Shown in pieces: positions 17,219 through 27,239 of a DNA stretch of 64,000 bases. Each line of letters starts with the position of its first letter. The first letter of the stretch is position 1. The stretch is taken from positions 1-64,000 of IMG/VR virus record IMGVR_UViG_3300030329_006606; one strand, given 5' to 3'. The notes beneath the pieces were generated by a model that made no database searches, had not been told where the DNA came from, and worked only from the letters and a program-made list of their open reading frames with translations. Source of the DNA: a virus. The position numbers and the translations under genes are program-made.

Positions 17219-18504
17219 AATTTTCCGTATTCACAATATCTCACGACCTGAAACATTTAGATAGACCACTAAACAGTCTCCTATCTCAAACGTATAAAGA
17301 TTTTGAATGGGTCATATTACTTAACGGCGACGCTGTAGATGAGTCCGAAGATCTTAAAAAAAGACTAGGTCACAAATCTAAAGAGTTTGGTTTAGATTTT
17401 AAAGTTCATGTTTACCCCAAGCAATCAAACATGAATATCGGCGCCCTTAAAAAAGCTTGCTGCACTCTGTCGAGTGGAGAGGTTCTTGTCGAATTAGACC
17501 ACGATGATGCCCTAAGAGAAGATTGCCTCTACAAACTCGCCGCAGCTTTTCAAAACGAGAAGATAGATTTTGTATACAGTGACGATTACTACGTAGACAT
17601 AAGAGGAGGAAAAGAAGATTTTACGAGACCATTTAACGAAGAGTACGGTTGGCGCAACGCTGTAGACTCCCACGGTCGCCAATATTGTTCTGGGTTTGAT
17701 CCATCACCATTATCATTTTCCTTCATATGGTACGCACCCGACCACGTAAGGTCTTGGAGAAAATCTTTTTACCACAAGATAGGAGGGCACAACATAGAGT
17801 TAGATGTCTGTGATGATTATGAATTATGCGCTCGAACTTATATAGAAGGTGAGTGCCTAAGAATACCTGAACCATTATACTTTTACCACCTACACGAAGA
17901 ACAAACTTTCCGCAACGAAAAGAATGAAAGAATACAGCAGCTTACACAACAGCTTCACGATAAATTCATCTATAAAATCGTAGAAAAATGGTGCGACGAA
18001 AACAAGTTATTAAAAGTAGATTTATGCAGTTGTGACAATAAACCAGAGGGATACATAGGCGTAGATAAACGCTCGCTAAATAAAGATGACATCCTTTTTG
18101 ATTTAGATAAAAAAGATTGGCCATTCAAAGATGGCTCCGTTGGACTATTCAGAGCCCAAGACGCAGTAGAACACCTAAAAAACCCAATAAACACCATGTC
18201 AGAAATGTACAGATGCCTCACTGACTTCGGCTGGAGCATGATAGAAGTTCCATCCACCGATGGCCGCGGCGCATTTCAAGACCCAACTCATGTTAGTTTT
18301 TGGAACAGTAACAGTTTCTGGTATTATACCAAAGGACACATGGCGAACTTTATTGGATCACCAGTAGCCTTTAAAGATTACAGGTTACTTAACTATTACC
18401 CATCAGAATGGCATGAAACTCACGATATACCCTACACTAAGGCTCACCTCGTAAAATTACCTTGGGACCAAAATATAATTCCACCCGGCGGTCGCCAAAT
18501 TTAA
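17215..18504 (+). CDS. GT2 glycosyltransferase fused to SAM-methyltransferase-like domain
   Basis: SLLSQTYKDFEW, ELDHDD, DDYEL; C-terminal DAVEHL...EMYR...AFQDPTH. Confidence 0.85.
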   Translation: MKFSVFTISHDLKHLDRPLNSLLSQTYKDFEWVILLNGDAVDESEDLKKRLGHKSKEFGLDFKVHVYPKQSNMNIGALKKACCTLSSGEVLVELDHDDALREDCLYKLAAAFQNEKIDFVYSDDYYVDIRGGKEDFTRPFNEEYGWRNAVDSHGRQYCSGFDPSPLSFSFIWYAPDHVRSWRKSFYHKIGGHNIELDVCDDYELCARTYIEGECLRIPEPLYFYHLHEEQTFRNEKNERIQQLTQQLHDKFIYKIVEKWCDENKLLKVDLCSCDNKPEGYIGVDKRSLNKDDILFDLDKKDWPFKDGSVGLFRAQDAVEHLKNPINTMSEMYRCLTDFGWSMIEVPSTDGRGAFQDPTHVSFWNSNSFWYYTKGHMANFIGSPVAFKDYRLLNYYPSEWHETHDIPYTKAHLVKLPWDQNIIPPGGRQI

Positions 18505-18571
18505 TTTTTTTTCTTTCATTTTTGTAAAGTGCTGGTATTATATATCTACCACACCGAAAGGTTTCAAGAGT

Positions 18572-21040
18572 ATGAGTCTGGAAGTATTGCATGTAAAAAA
18601 AAGAAACGGTAGAATCCAAGAACTAGATATTAATAAAGTTAACCTTTGCGCCCAGCGAGCCTGTGAAGATATTACTGATGTCTCAGCAAGCGAAGTAATC
18701 ATTGACGCCAACGTACAACTTTATGATAAAATTCCAACGAAGGAAATTGATAAAGCTCTCATCATGTCAGCGAGAGCTAAGATAGAAAAGGAACCAAACT
18801 ATTCTTATGTTGCAGCTAAACTTCTTTTAGGAAATGTACACAAAGAAGTGTTCGGGGTAAGCGTTGATAAAGATGCTTTCGATCACCAATACAGACTCTC
18901 TTTTGTAAGAAATATCAAACTACTAGTTAAAGAAGGTGTCCTTAACGAACAACTATTAGATTTTGATTTAAAAATGCTATCAGAAAATCTGTCTCTCGAC
19001 CGCGATTTTAAATTTAAATACCTAGGACTTCAGATCCTCTATGATCGTTACTTTCATAAACTAAACAATAGGAGACTAGAGTCTCCGCAATCTTTCTGGA
19101 TGCGCGTCGCCATGGGGTTATCCATAAACGAAAAAAATAAAAATGAAAAAGCGATTGAATTTTACAATGCACTATCCCAGTTTCATTTATGTTGCTCTAC
19201 GCCCACCCTTTTTAATAGCGGCAGCACCCATAGCCAGCTTAGTTCTTGTTATCTCAACACTTTTGATGACAGCATCGATGGCATATTTGAGGGTGCTTGG
19301 CAAGAAGCTCGAAAATCTAAATACGCTGGAGGACTAGGCTTCGATGTTACAAATTTTCGCTCATCTGGAGCCTACATAAAAGGCACTAACGGAAACTCTA
19401 GCGGCTTAGTACCTTGGCTTAAAATCTACAACGATCTACTCGTCGCCGTAAACCAAGGGGGCAAACGTCCCGGAGCGGGATGCGCATACCTAGAGCCTTG
19501 GCATCTAGATATAGAAGAATTCTTAGATCTGAAAAAAAATACCGGCGAGGAAAGGCGTAGATGCCACGACATAAACACAGCCAACTGGATTCCTGATTTA
19601 TTCTTTCGCTACGTAAAGAACGACGCGGATTGGTATCTTTTTTCTCCATCGGATGTTGACCTCCACAGCGTGTGGGGCGAAGAGTTTGATAAAAAATATA
19701 AAAAATATACGAAGCTAGCTAAAGACGGAAAAATCAAAAACTACAAGGTTGTAAAAGCCAAAACCTTATGGAAAAAGATGTTACGCGTTCTATTTGAAAC
19801 AGGTCACCCATGGATCACCTTCAAGGATAATGCTAACTTCCGATACTCAAATCAACATGAAGGGATAATTAATAGCTCTAACTTATGCACGGAGATTTTT
19901 CTGCACACGAAACCCTCTCAATACAAAAACGGAGAAAAAACCGAAATCGGAGAGACGGCTGTGTGCAACCTTAGCTCCGTTAACCTAAAGGAGCACCTAA
20001 AAGATAACGGTAAGATAGATTTCAAGCTCCTATCTAAAACTATATCCACCCAAATGAGGATGCTAGACAATGTTATCGATTTAAATTTTTACCCCACAAA
20101 AGAAGCTGAAAAATCAAACCTAAAACATCGCCCCGTTGGGGCAGGAACTATGGGTTGGGCAGACGTTTTTCATTCTTATAAAATCAACTTCTCCTCAGAC
20201 GAAGCTGTTAGGATGTCTGACGAGTTATACGAATTTATTTCGTTTCATTGTATCTCTAACTCAAATAAAATAGCCAAAGAAAAAGGTGCGTACAGCACGT
20301 TCGAAGGCTCCCTCTGGAGCCAAGGTATACTCCCAAAAGATACCTACAAAAATCTAATGAATTATATGGGCGAAAAACCAATCAACCACAAACTTAAAAA
20401 GTACTGCCCAGATGTAGATTGGAATTTCCTAAAACAAAGAGTTAAAGAACATGGGATGAGGAACAGCAACACTATGGCAGTGGCCCCCACAGCGACGATT
20501 AGTTACATACAAGGCTGCTCACCATCCGTAGAGCCAGACTTCTCGACGATTTTCGTATACGAGAATAGCTCCGGTAACCTTTTGATCACAAACGAGTGGT
20601 TTGTAAAAGAGTGTAAAGATCTCAACATTTGGGACAATAACTTTATTGAAACATTAAAATCCGTTGACGGAGACGTTAAAAGATTAAATGGCGAACTACC
20701 ACCAGAAATCAAAGAAAGATACAAAACCGCATTTGACCACGACCAATTTATTTTAATCGATTGTGCTGCCGTAAGACAGAAGTGGATTGATATGGGACAA
20801 AGTTTAAACTTGTTTAACAATAAAAGTTCGCTAAAATACTTGAATGATGTATACATGCATGCAAGAGGTCGCGGGCTAAAGAGTACATATTACCTAAGGA
20901 ATAAGAGTGCGAGCCAGATTGAGAAATCAACTCAAAAAAGTAGTGACAACAGTGATAGTGACACAGGTGGTGCTAATGATAATACTGTTGATCCTAAAGC
21001 TTGTTCAATCCTAGACCCAACATGTGAGAGTTGCCAATGA
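18572..21040 (+). CDS. nrdA: Ribonucleotide reductase class I alpha subunit with ATP cone
   Basis: VKKRNG ATP cone, TPTLFN, SSCYL, NQGGKRPG, SNLCTE, APTATIS, KSTYY, C-terminal CxxxxxxCESCQ. Confidence 0.97.
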   Translation: MSLEVLHVKKRNGRIQELDINKVNLCAQRACEDITDVSASEVIIDANVQLYDKIPTKEIDKALIMSARAKIEKEPNYSYVAAKLLLGNVHKEVFGVSVDKDAFDHQYRLSFVRNIKLLVKEGVLNEQLLDFDLKMLSENLSLDRDFKFKYLGLQILYDRYFHKLNNRRLESPQSFWMRVAMGLSINEKNKNEKAIEFYNALSQFHLCCSTPTLFNSGSTHSQLSSCYLNTFDDSIDGIFEGAWQEARKSKYAGGLGFDVTNFRSSGAYIKGTNGNSSGLVPWLKIYNDLLVAVNQGGKRPGAGCAYLEPWHLDIEEFLDLKKNTGEERRRCHDINTANWIPDLFFRYVKNDADWYLFSPSDVDLHSVWGEEFDKKYKKYTKLAKDGKIKNYKVVKAKTLWKKMLRVLFETGHPWITFKDNANFRYSNQHEGIINSSNLCTEIFLHTKPSQYKNGEKTEIGETAVCNLSSVNLKEHLKDNGKIDFKLLSKTISTQMRMLDNVIDLNFYPTKEAEKSNLKHRPVGAGTMGWADVFHSYKINFSSDEAVRMSDELYEFISFHCISNSNKIAKEKGAYSTFEGSLWSQGILPKDTYKNLMNYMGEKPINHKLKKYCPDVDWNFLKQRVKEHGMRNSNTMAVAPTATISYIQGCSPSVEPDFSTIFVYENSSGNLLITNEWFVKECKDLNIWDNNFIETLKSVDGDVKRLNGELPPEIKERYKTAFDHDQFILIDCAAVRQKWIDMGQSLNLFNNKSSLKYLNDVYMHARGRGLKSTYYLRNKSASQIEKSTQKSSDNSDSDTGGANDNTVDPKACSILDPTCESCQ

Positions 21041-21234
21041 ACCTTGACGATCAACTAGAAGCAGTCGCGGACGAAGCGAAAAAAAATGGCCAAAATAATT
21101 TGGCTATAGTTTTATACTGTTACCTTGGGGCAAAAAAAGCTGGCGTAGATGAGCACTTCGCAAACTATTGTAAGGATTGGGCTACACACGCCGCCGAAGA
21201 ATTAAAAAAGATTGAAAACAGGAGGAATAATTAA
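21037..21234 (+). CDS. Hypothetical protein between nrdA and nrdB
   Basis: Overlaps both neighbours' stop/start codons. Confidence 0.7.
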   Translation: MNLDDQLEAVADEAKKNGQNNLAIVLYCYLGAKKAGVDEHFANYCKDWATHAAEELKKIENRRNN

Positions 21235-22244
21235 TGAGTAAAAGCGGTTTATTGTTGGGCGAAGAATGCGCGGGAGTCAATCAGATCCTCCCTCACAAAC
21301 ACCAATTTGCTTGGGACCTTTTCCTAAAGGGTGTAGCGAACAATTGGTCACCAGCGGAAATAAATATGTCAATTGATGTTGATCAATGGAAAAGCGACGA
21401 GCTTACTGAAGATGAAAAGCTTTTAGTTAAAAGATGTCTAGGATTCTTCGCTGGAAGCGAATCATTAGTTGGCAACAATCTGTTACTTAATGTAGCTAAA
21501 TGGGTAACAGACGCTGAATGTAGGCAATATATACTTCGTCAGGCTTATGAAGAATCCTTGCACAACTGGACCGTAGTCACATGCTGCGATACTTACGCTT
21601 TAAAAGTATCTGAGGTTTATGAGGCCTATCTTAATATCCCTTCTATAAAACAAAAAGACGACTTTCTAATGGAGATCACAACTGATACCAATAGAGCAGA
21701 CTTCTCTACAAAAAACGTCGAAGGTAAAAGAGAGTTCTTAAGAAATTTAATTACATACTATATAGTTTGCGAAGGCACGTTCTTTTTTAGCGGGTTTGCA
21801 ATGCTACTAGCCTTAGGTAGACAAAACAAACTGCCCGGCTTATCCGACCAAATTCGCTACACTCTACGAGATGAGAGCTTGCATATAGAATTTGGAACTT
21901 ACTTAATCAATACAATTAAGGAACAATACCCTTCGGTGTGGACGAAGAAATTCGAGCAGGAAACCATTGAGCACATTAAAACAGCCGTAGATCTTGAAAT
22001 ACGGTACGCTCATGACGTACTCCCAAGGGGTATCTTGGGCTTGAATGCTGATATGTTCGTTGATTACATGCAGTATATCGGCAATCGAAGGCTTGAAGGA
22101 ATTGGCATTGACTTCCGTTTCGATAGCGACCAGAATCCATTCCCTTGGTTATCTGAGGTTGTCGATACGGGAGCAATGACCAATTTTTTTGAAAGAAAAG
22201 TTAAAGACTACCAAAATTCAGGAGTGTTAGAGGACGACTTCTAA
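21234..22244 (+). CDS. nrdB: Ribonucleotide reductase beta subunit, class Ic (R2c)-type
   Basis: FFAGSE, EESLH, EG.FFFSGF, RDESLH, NFFE; Val at radical-Tyr position. Confidence 0.95.
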   Translation: MSKSGLLLGEECAGVNQILPHKHQFAWDLFLKGVANNWSPAEINMSIDVDQWKSDELTEDEKLLVKRCLGFFAGSESLVGNNLLLNVAKWVTDAECRQYILRQAYEESLHNWTVVTCCDTYALKVSEVYEAYLNIPSIKQKDDFLMEITTDTNRADFSTKNVEGKREFLRNLITYYIVCEGTFFFSGFAMLLALGRQNKLPGLSDQIRYTLRDESLHIEFGTYLINTIKEQYPSVWTKKFEQETIEHIKTAVDLEIRYAHDVLPRGILGLNADMFVDYMQYIGNRRLEGIGIDFRFDSDQNPFPWLSEVVDTGAMTNFFERKVKDYQNSGVLEDDF

Positions 22245-22789
22245 AATAGAACCCACCCTTTTATATCTTCTATCTTTACCAACCCAAGCCAAGACTCGTT
22301 CCTGTTATCTCCTATAACCCACACATACCCCTCGGGGACCACCCCAACGTCTTGGTCTGTATTTAAGAACAACCACTCACCCCTAGGTTTAAGAGCCTGA
22401 ACTTCCACAGGTTCTGTCCAGTAAGTAATATCCTGATGTGTCCAAGGGTCTGTATATTTTTTATTATTTATAAAAATTCTACCATGTTTTATCCTTACAT
22501 ATTCCCCTTCTACAGCAACAACCCTTTTAATTATAGTTCCTCCATCTTCTTCATCTCCCGCTATTATAACCTGCCCCCGGGCTGGCCTCCAATCTTCACC
22601 TAGAGCTTTAGTTCTATAAATAACAACCAACTCACCATTCTCATAGGTGGGAAGCATACTATCACCAGTAGCTAAATAAAATCTAAACTCAGAATAAAAA
22701 GGGTAAGTCAGAATCAACAATAATAAAGATACTCTAAATATTTTATTATTTAATAATTTACCAATTAATTTCACCGTATGATTAATCAT
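22241..22789 (-). CDS. lepB: Signal peptidase I (S26)
   Basis: TM anchor, GDSMLPT (Ser), IKRVVA (Lys), GDNRNES. Confidence 0.9.
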   Translation of the reverse strand: MINHTVKLIGKLLNNKIFRVSLLLLILTYPFYSEFRFYLATGDSMLPTYENGELVVIYRTKALGEDWRPARGQVIIAGDEEDGGTIIKRVVAVEGEYVRIKHGRIFINNKKYTDPWTHQDITYWTEPVEVQALKPRGEWLFLNTDQDVGVVPEGYVWVIGDNRNESWLGLVKIEDIKGWVLF

Positions 22790-23028
22790 AACAAAATAGC
22801 CAAGTTTATTCCAAGACTTACCCCAAGAATAATAGACAGAACTAATATTATATAGGTCTCAGGTCTAATTACTAAGGATCTTTGAGAGATTCTTTTTTTA
22901 CTAGGCATTTTCATAGAAGTTTTATCTTTTTTATTTCGATAAATCCACCAGTTCCCTTCTTTATCTTGACAAGCCCATTCCTTTTCAATACCTTTCCACC
23001 ATTTTGCATTTTTATGTAGTATTTTCAT
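22786..23028 (-). CDS. Small protein with C-terminal TM helix
   Basis: ATGA-coupled on both sides. Confidence 0.65.
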   Translation of the reverse strand: MKILHKNAKWWKGIEKEWACQDKEGNWWIYRNKKDKTSMKMPSKKRISQRSLVIRPETYIILVLSIILGVSLGINLAILL

Positions 23029-23498
23029 GCTTCGCTCCGACCAGCTAAACTATCCGGATCAACCGGTTGCTGCGGCTGCGGTGGTGCAACCTTGGGGGGC
23101 CACTCACCTAGCTTTTTTAGATACTCCTTTAAGGTGTCTAACATTTGCTGTGCGTAAGATAATCTCGCTGAAAGTTGTCTGATAGCTTCATTAGCTTGCA
23201 TTATGTACAAGTCCCGTCTCTCAATTTCTTCTCTTTGTTTATGGGCTATGTCCGACTGAAAGTCTGCAAACTCTTCAACAGCAGTTAAGTCCTCCATTAA
23301 TTCTTCACTTATTCTTATCAGTTCAGATTGATCCCTAAGATTAGCTATCTCTCTAGAAGTGTACCTCATATCCTGTATAACCATTATAACCATCATTAAG
23401 ATGGCTACGATAGCTCCAGTAAAGATACTATTAAAATTCCTGTTCCCCCAAGTTGAAAGTGCGCCTAATTGCACTCGCAACCAAGATGATATATTCAT
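23025..23498 (-). CDS. Membrane-anchored coiled-coil protein
   Basis: TM (IFTGAIVAILMMVIMVI), long coiled coil, Pro-rich tail; start placed 7 nt after GTGTAAG motif. Confidence 0.7.
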   Translation of the reverse strand: MNISSWLRVQLGALSTWGNRNFNSIFTGAIVAILMMVIMVIQDMRYTSREIANLRDQSELIRISEELMEDLTAVEEFADFQSDIAHKQREEIERRDLYIMQANEAIRQLSARLSYAQQMLDTLKEYLKKLGEWPPKVAPPQPQQPVDPDSLAGRSEA

Positions 23499-23618
23499 AT
23501 AAATACTTACACCCAAAAAGGACATCAGTGAGACATAATGAGTCTCTGAACTGTGACACAAGTAGTGCCAGTATGTCACTATCCCATCAATAAACCTCAG
23601 TTTTCCGGGGTTTTTGGT

Positions 23619-23634
23619 TGGCACGAGGATTGCT
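23619..23634 (+). promoter_or_regulatory. sigma54 (RpoN) -24/-12 promoter
   Basis: TGGCAC-GAGGA-TTGCT exact consensus just upstream of Hsp20 ATG. Confidence 0.85.
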
Positions 23635-23645
23635 TTAATACTTGT

Positions 23646-24023
23646 ATGAATAAAATTATTTTAAAAACACCACTAGGGCTAGTCAACGACTTTGTCAGTG
23701 ACTGGGATAGAGCTTTCTTCAATGAAGATCATTCTTTTTGGCGCAGGAACATCAACAACTCCGTTACATATAAGGAGCACGAAGATAGCTATGAATATTG
23801 GATTAATCTAGCTGGATTCAAAAAGGAAAACATCGAAGCTTCAGTACATGAAGGACTTGTAACCGTCAAAGTAAATAAAGATGAAAACACAGACAACTAT
23901 TCTTTTTATTTAAAAGATGATGCAGACATTTCAACGCTTTCGAGCAAGCTAGAGGACGGACTACTGTCAATCAGCGTCAATAAGGAGGAAAAAGCTAAAG
24001 CAATGAAGATAAAAATAGACTAA
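23646..24023 (+). CDS. Small heat-shock protein Hsp20
   Basis: LAGFKKENI and SKLEDGLLSI alpha-crystallin motifs. Confidence 0.9.
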   Translation: MNKIILKTPLGLVNDFVSDWDRAFFNEDHSFWRRNINNSVTYKEHEDSYEYWINLAGFKKENIEASVHEGLVTVKVNKDENTDNYSFYLKDDADISTLSSKLEDGLLSISVNKEEKAKAMKIKID

Positions 24024-24060
24024 TTTATAAGTTATTTAATAAATTAACTACTTTATATTA

Positions 24061-24067
24061 GTGTAAT
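24061..24067 (+). promoter_or_regulatory. GTGTAA(T) putative phage late-promoter motif (representative copy)
   Basis: Recurs at 24352(+), 23512(-), 48408(-), 53017(-), each shortly upstream of an ATG. Confidence 0.6.
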
Positions 24068-24074
24068 AGTATAT

Positions 24075-24323
24075 ATGGCACGGAAAAAAGTCAAAAAAGC
24101 CAATAACAAATTATCACAACTCTGGTCGTGGCTACAGCTTAAAGGGCTCAACTTATGGAGCCTTCTTAAGCGCCACGCCTCCTGTGAAGATTTATGGAAA
24201 GGGCTAGGCCTTGTTGCTGCTGGCGGACTACTCGTTTTGGGTGGTAGCTTAGAATGCGCGCTTAGCTTTCTCCTTATCGGATGGGGATTAATGGAGTTGG
24301 TTGATCATTTTAGATGGCACTAA
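24075..24323 (+). CDS. Small membrane protein (possible holin-like)
   Basis: Basic N-terminus, two hydrophobic segments. Confidence 0.6.
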   Translation: MARKKVKKANNKLSQLWSWLQLKGLNLWSLLKRHASCEDLWKGLGLVAAGGLLVLGGSLECALSFLLIGWGLMELVDHFRWH

Positions 24324-24365
24324 AAAATTCTTAAGTTTCTTAACTAATTCAGTGTAATAAGGGAT

Positions 24366-24671
24366 ATGGACTACCAAATTCTCGTCAATATCTCTGTGGG
24401 CATTATCACGCTTATGGGCGGCTGGGTATTCAAGATGATACTTGGGCATATAAATGAAATTAAAAAAGAACATAATGAATTAATGAACAAGCATGGGTTA
24501 GATATGGAAAAAGAAGCCCAACGCAACATGGAAATTCTCGAAAAACATAATCAATTAGCTCTTTCTCTACCTGAAAAATACGTGAGTAAGGATGATTTTA
24601 AATTATTCTCAGAAAGAATGAACGATAGATTCGACCGCATAGAGGAAAAGATTGACAATCTAAAAAAATAA
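24366..24671 (+). CDS. TM plus coiled-coil protein (phage lysis-region-like)
   Basis: N-terminal TM; LPEKYVSKDDF...RFDRIEEKID tail. Confidence 0.65.
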   Translation: MDYQILVNISVGIITLMGGWVFKMILGHINEIKKEHNELMNKHGLDMEKEAQRNMEILEKHNQLALSLPEKYVSKDDFKLFSERMNDRFDRIEEKIDNLKK

Positions 24672-24687
24672 CTTACTATATAGGTAA

Positions 24688-26046
24688 GTGCTAAATCTAA
24701 AGAACGTAACCCTAATTGCGGCGGATTGCGTGGACATTGGTAAACTCACAAAAGCTGCCGATATCTGCGAATCTTTCGCCAACTTTGGCGCGGTCAAACT
24801 CCTCACATGTCCATCAAACGGTACTCCAGCGTTAGACTCAAGGATAATTAATATCCGAGATATAAACTCTAAAGAAGAATACGACAAATTCATGATGGAG
24901 GAGATTAATGAATACGTCACTACAGAATACGCGTTAGTATTCCAATCAGACGGCTTCATACTTAACCCAAACGCGTGGGACGAAGAATACCTAAAGTACG
25001 ATTATATAGGAGCACCGTGGGGCTACCCGGGGAACAAAGGAGTCGGTAACGGGGGCTTCAGTTTAAGGAGTAAAAAATTACTAGAAGAATGCGCAAACGC
25101 CACATTCGAAAGAGAGTATGGCGGCTTAGAAAATCAAGAGGACATGCAAATCTGTGTTAAGCACAGAAAATATTTTGAATCGAAAGGTATAAAGTACGCC
25201 CCCAAAGAACTTGCAGCCAAATTTAGCATAGAAGGAAACCCAGAAAACGACAGAATATGGACTCATCAATTTGGCTTTCATGACCTAGAGCAAACAGATA
25301 CTAGTAATTTCATTATCCCAAACAAAGAAGTAAAGTTCAACGTATTCTACAAGTACAGCGATAAGGGTAAAAGCTCTCAAGTAGACAAGAAAACTATCTT
25401 TAAGAACTTTATAAGACTATTCGGATCACAAAACTTACGAGTGCTGCTCGACAACTCCACAAAAGAATCCCTCGAATTTTTTAAAGGGTATTGCCCCGAA
25501 AAAATAATTGAAACTAAACTAGGTAACTCTGCGGCATGCATCCACATATTCGACCAGATAAAAAATCTTGAAGACCACGAAATAGTTTACATATGTGAGG
25601 ATGACTACCTTCACGCAAGCCAACATTGTAAGGCTCTAATCATAGAAGGCTTACATATTTCTGATTACGTAACTCTCTACGATCACGGAGATAAATACAA
25701 TCCACCCCATAACCAGAAAGACCCGACTATCAACCCTCAAGTTTCAGAGGGTGGCGAAATGTCTAGAGTATTACTTACTGGAAACTCCCACTGGAAAACC
25801 ACCAATTCCACCACCATGACTTTCGCCGCAAAAGTAAAAACAATAAAAGAAGACTACAAAATCCTTCGGAAATACTGCGAAGAAAATAAATTACCAAACG
25901 ATATCCCAAATGATTATGAGATGTGGCAAGAACTCATCAAGTCTGGGAGAAAACTTGTAAGCTCCCTACCGGGGAGATCAACCCACCTTTGCCCTAATCA
26001 AAATTATTCACCATTAATCCGTTGGGACATGGTAGCGGAAGCATGA
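24688..26046 (+). CDS. DUF5672-like domain fused to GT-A-like domain
   Basis: FQSDGF, YDYIGAPW, VGNGGFSLRS, ED, FGFH; second domain YICEDDYLH, STTMTFA. Confidence 0.8.
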   Translation: MLNLKNVTLIAADCVDIGKLTKAADICESFANFGAVKLLTCPSNGTPALDSRIINIRDINSKEEYDKFMMEEINEYVTTEYALVFQSDGFILNPNAWDEEYLKYDYIGAPWGYPGNKGVGNGGFSLRSKKLLEECANATFEREYGGLENQEDMQICVKHRKYFESKGIKYAPKELAAKFSIEGNPENDRIWTHQFGFHDLEQTDTSNFIIPNKEVKFNVFYKYSDKGKSSQVDKKTIFKNFIRLFGSQNLRVLLDNSTKESLEFFKGYCPEKIIETKLGNSAACIHIFDQIKNLEDHEIVYICEDDYLHASQHCKALIIEGLHISDYVTLYDHGDKYNPPHNQKDPTINPQVSEGGEMSRVLLTGNSHWKTTNSTTMTFAAKVKTIKEDYKILRKYCEENKLPNDIPNDYEMWQELIKSGRKLVSSLPGRSTHLCPNQNYSPLIRWDMVAEA

Positions 26047-27203
26047 AAAAAGTAATTATAACAGGTGTCACAGGTCAAGACGGAAGCCTGATGGCTGATT
26101 ACTTACTAGGCAACTTTAAAGATGTTCATGTATATGGCGCCGTAAGAAGGCTGAGCGTAAGCAATCACGAAAACATAAAACATTTAAAAGATGAAGAAAG
26201 ATTTGAGACTTTTGATTTCGACTTATCAGACCCTCACTCAATAAGGAATTGCATACAAGAAATTAAGCCAGATTATTTTGTAAATTTCGCAGCACAATCA
26301 TTCGTTGGCGTAAGCTGGGAAATCCCCAGACAAACATTCACAGTTGACGCAGTTGCTGTATTAGACATCCTTGAAGCAATTAGAAAATTCGCACCCGAAT
26401 GCAGGTTTTACAACGCGGGCAGCAGTGAAGAGTTTGGAGACGTTCAATACTCTCCTCAAGATGAAGAGCACCCACTTAGACCAAGGAGCCCCTATGGGGC
26501 CGCAAAAGCTGCAGCCCGACACATAGTAAAGGTATATAGGGAATCATACAACCTATTCGCAATACAAGGCTGGCTATTTAACCACGAAGGTGTTCGCAGG
26601 GGTGAAGAGTTTGTTACGAGAAAAATAACAAAAGGTGTCGCTAGGATTTACAAAGAAGTACACAACCTAGAAAGATGGAAATACCACAACGATGAACCCT
26701 TAAATATAGAACCGATAGTCCTCGGCAACCTAGATACATACAGAGACTGGAGTGACGCCGAAGATTTCGTGCACGGAGTATGGCTCATGCTAAACGCCTC
26801 AGAACCTAAAGAATATGTACTAGCAAGCGGCGAAACTCACTCAATAAGAGAATTCGTAGAAAAAGCGTTTAAACAAGTTCATTTAGCATGCGCTTGGGAC
26901 AACCCAACAGGAGAACCTGACGACGAGGGGTACGACCCCATGGAAGAGAAGTATATATACCTACGGCAGAATCGCAACGAAACAGAATACATTCCGCTAG
27001 TCACGGTTAGCCCACTATTTTACAGGCCCAACGAAGTCAACCTACTACAAGGAGATCCCTCTAAAATAATAAAAGAACTGGAGTACAACAGAAAACCGTC
27101 ACTAGACATGCTTGTTTACTCAATGCTCCACGCAGACCTTAAAGATTACTTCCCCCATGGTATACCAGCATTCAAGCCCGAATTCTACGATGACGGAATA
27201 TAA
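26043..27203 (+). CDS. gmd: GDP-mannose 4,6-dehydratase
   Basis: ITGVTGQDGS, AAQSFV..S, SSEEFG, PRSPYGAAK, LFNHE, FVTRKIT, LGNLD..RDW. Confidence 0.93.
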   Translation: MKKVIITGVTGQDGSLMADYLLGNFKDVHVYGAVRRLSVSNHENIKHLKDEERFETFDFDLSDPHSIRNCIQEIKPDYFVNFAAQSFVGVSWEIPRQTFTVDAVAVLDILEAIRKFAPECRFYNAGSSEEFGDVQYSPQDEEHPLRPRSPYGAAKAAARHIVKVYRESYNLFAIQGWLFNHEGVRRGEEFVTRKITKGVARIYKEVHNLERWKYHNDEPLNIEPIVLGNLDTYRDWSDAEDFVHGVWLMLNASEPKEYVLASGETHSIREFVEKAFKQVHLACAWDNPTGEPDDEGYDPMEEKYIYLRQNRNETEYIPLVTVSPLFYRPNEVNLLQGDPSKIIKELEYNRKPSLDMLVYSMLHADLKDYFPHGIPAFKPEFYDDGI

Positions 27204-27239
27204 GGTTGACTCACTAAAAAACCCTGATACACTATAATA

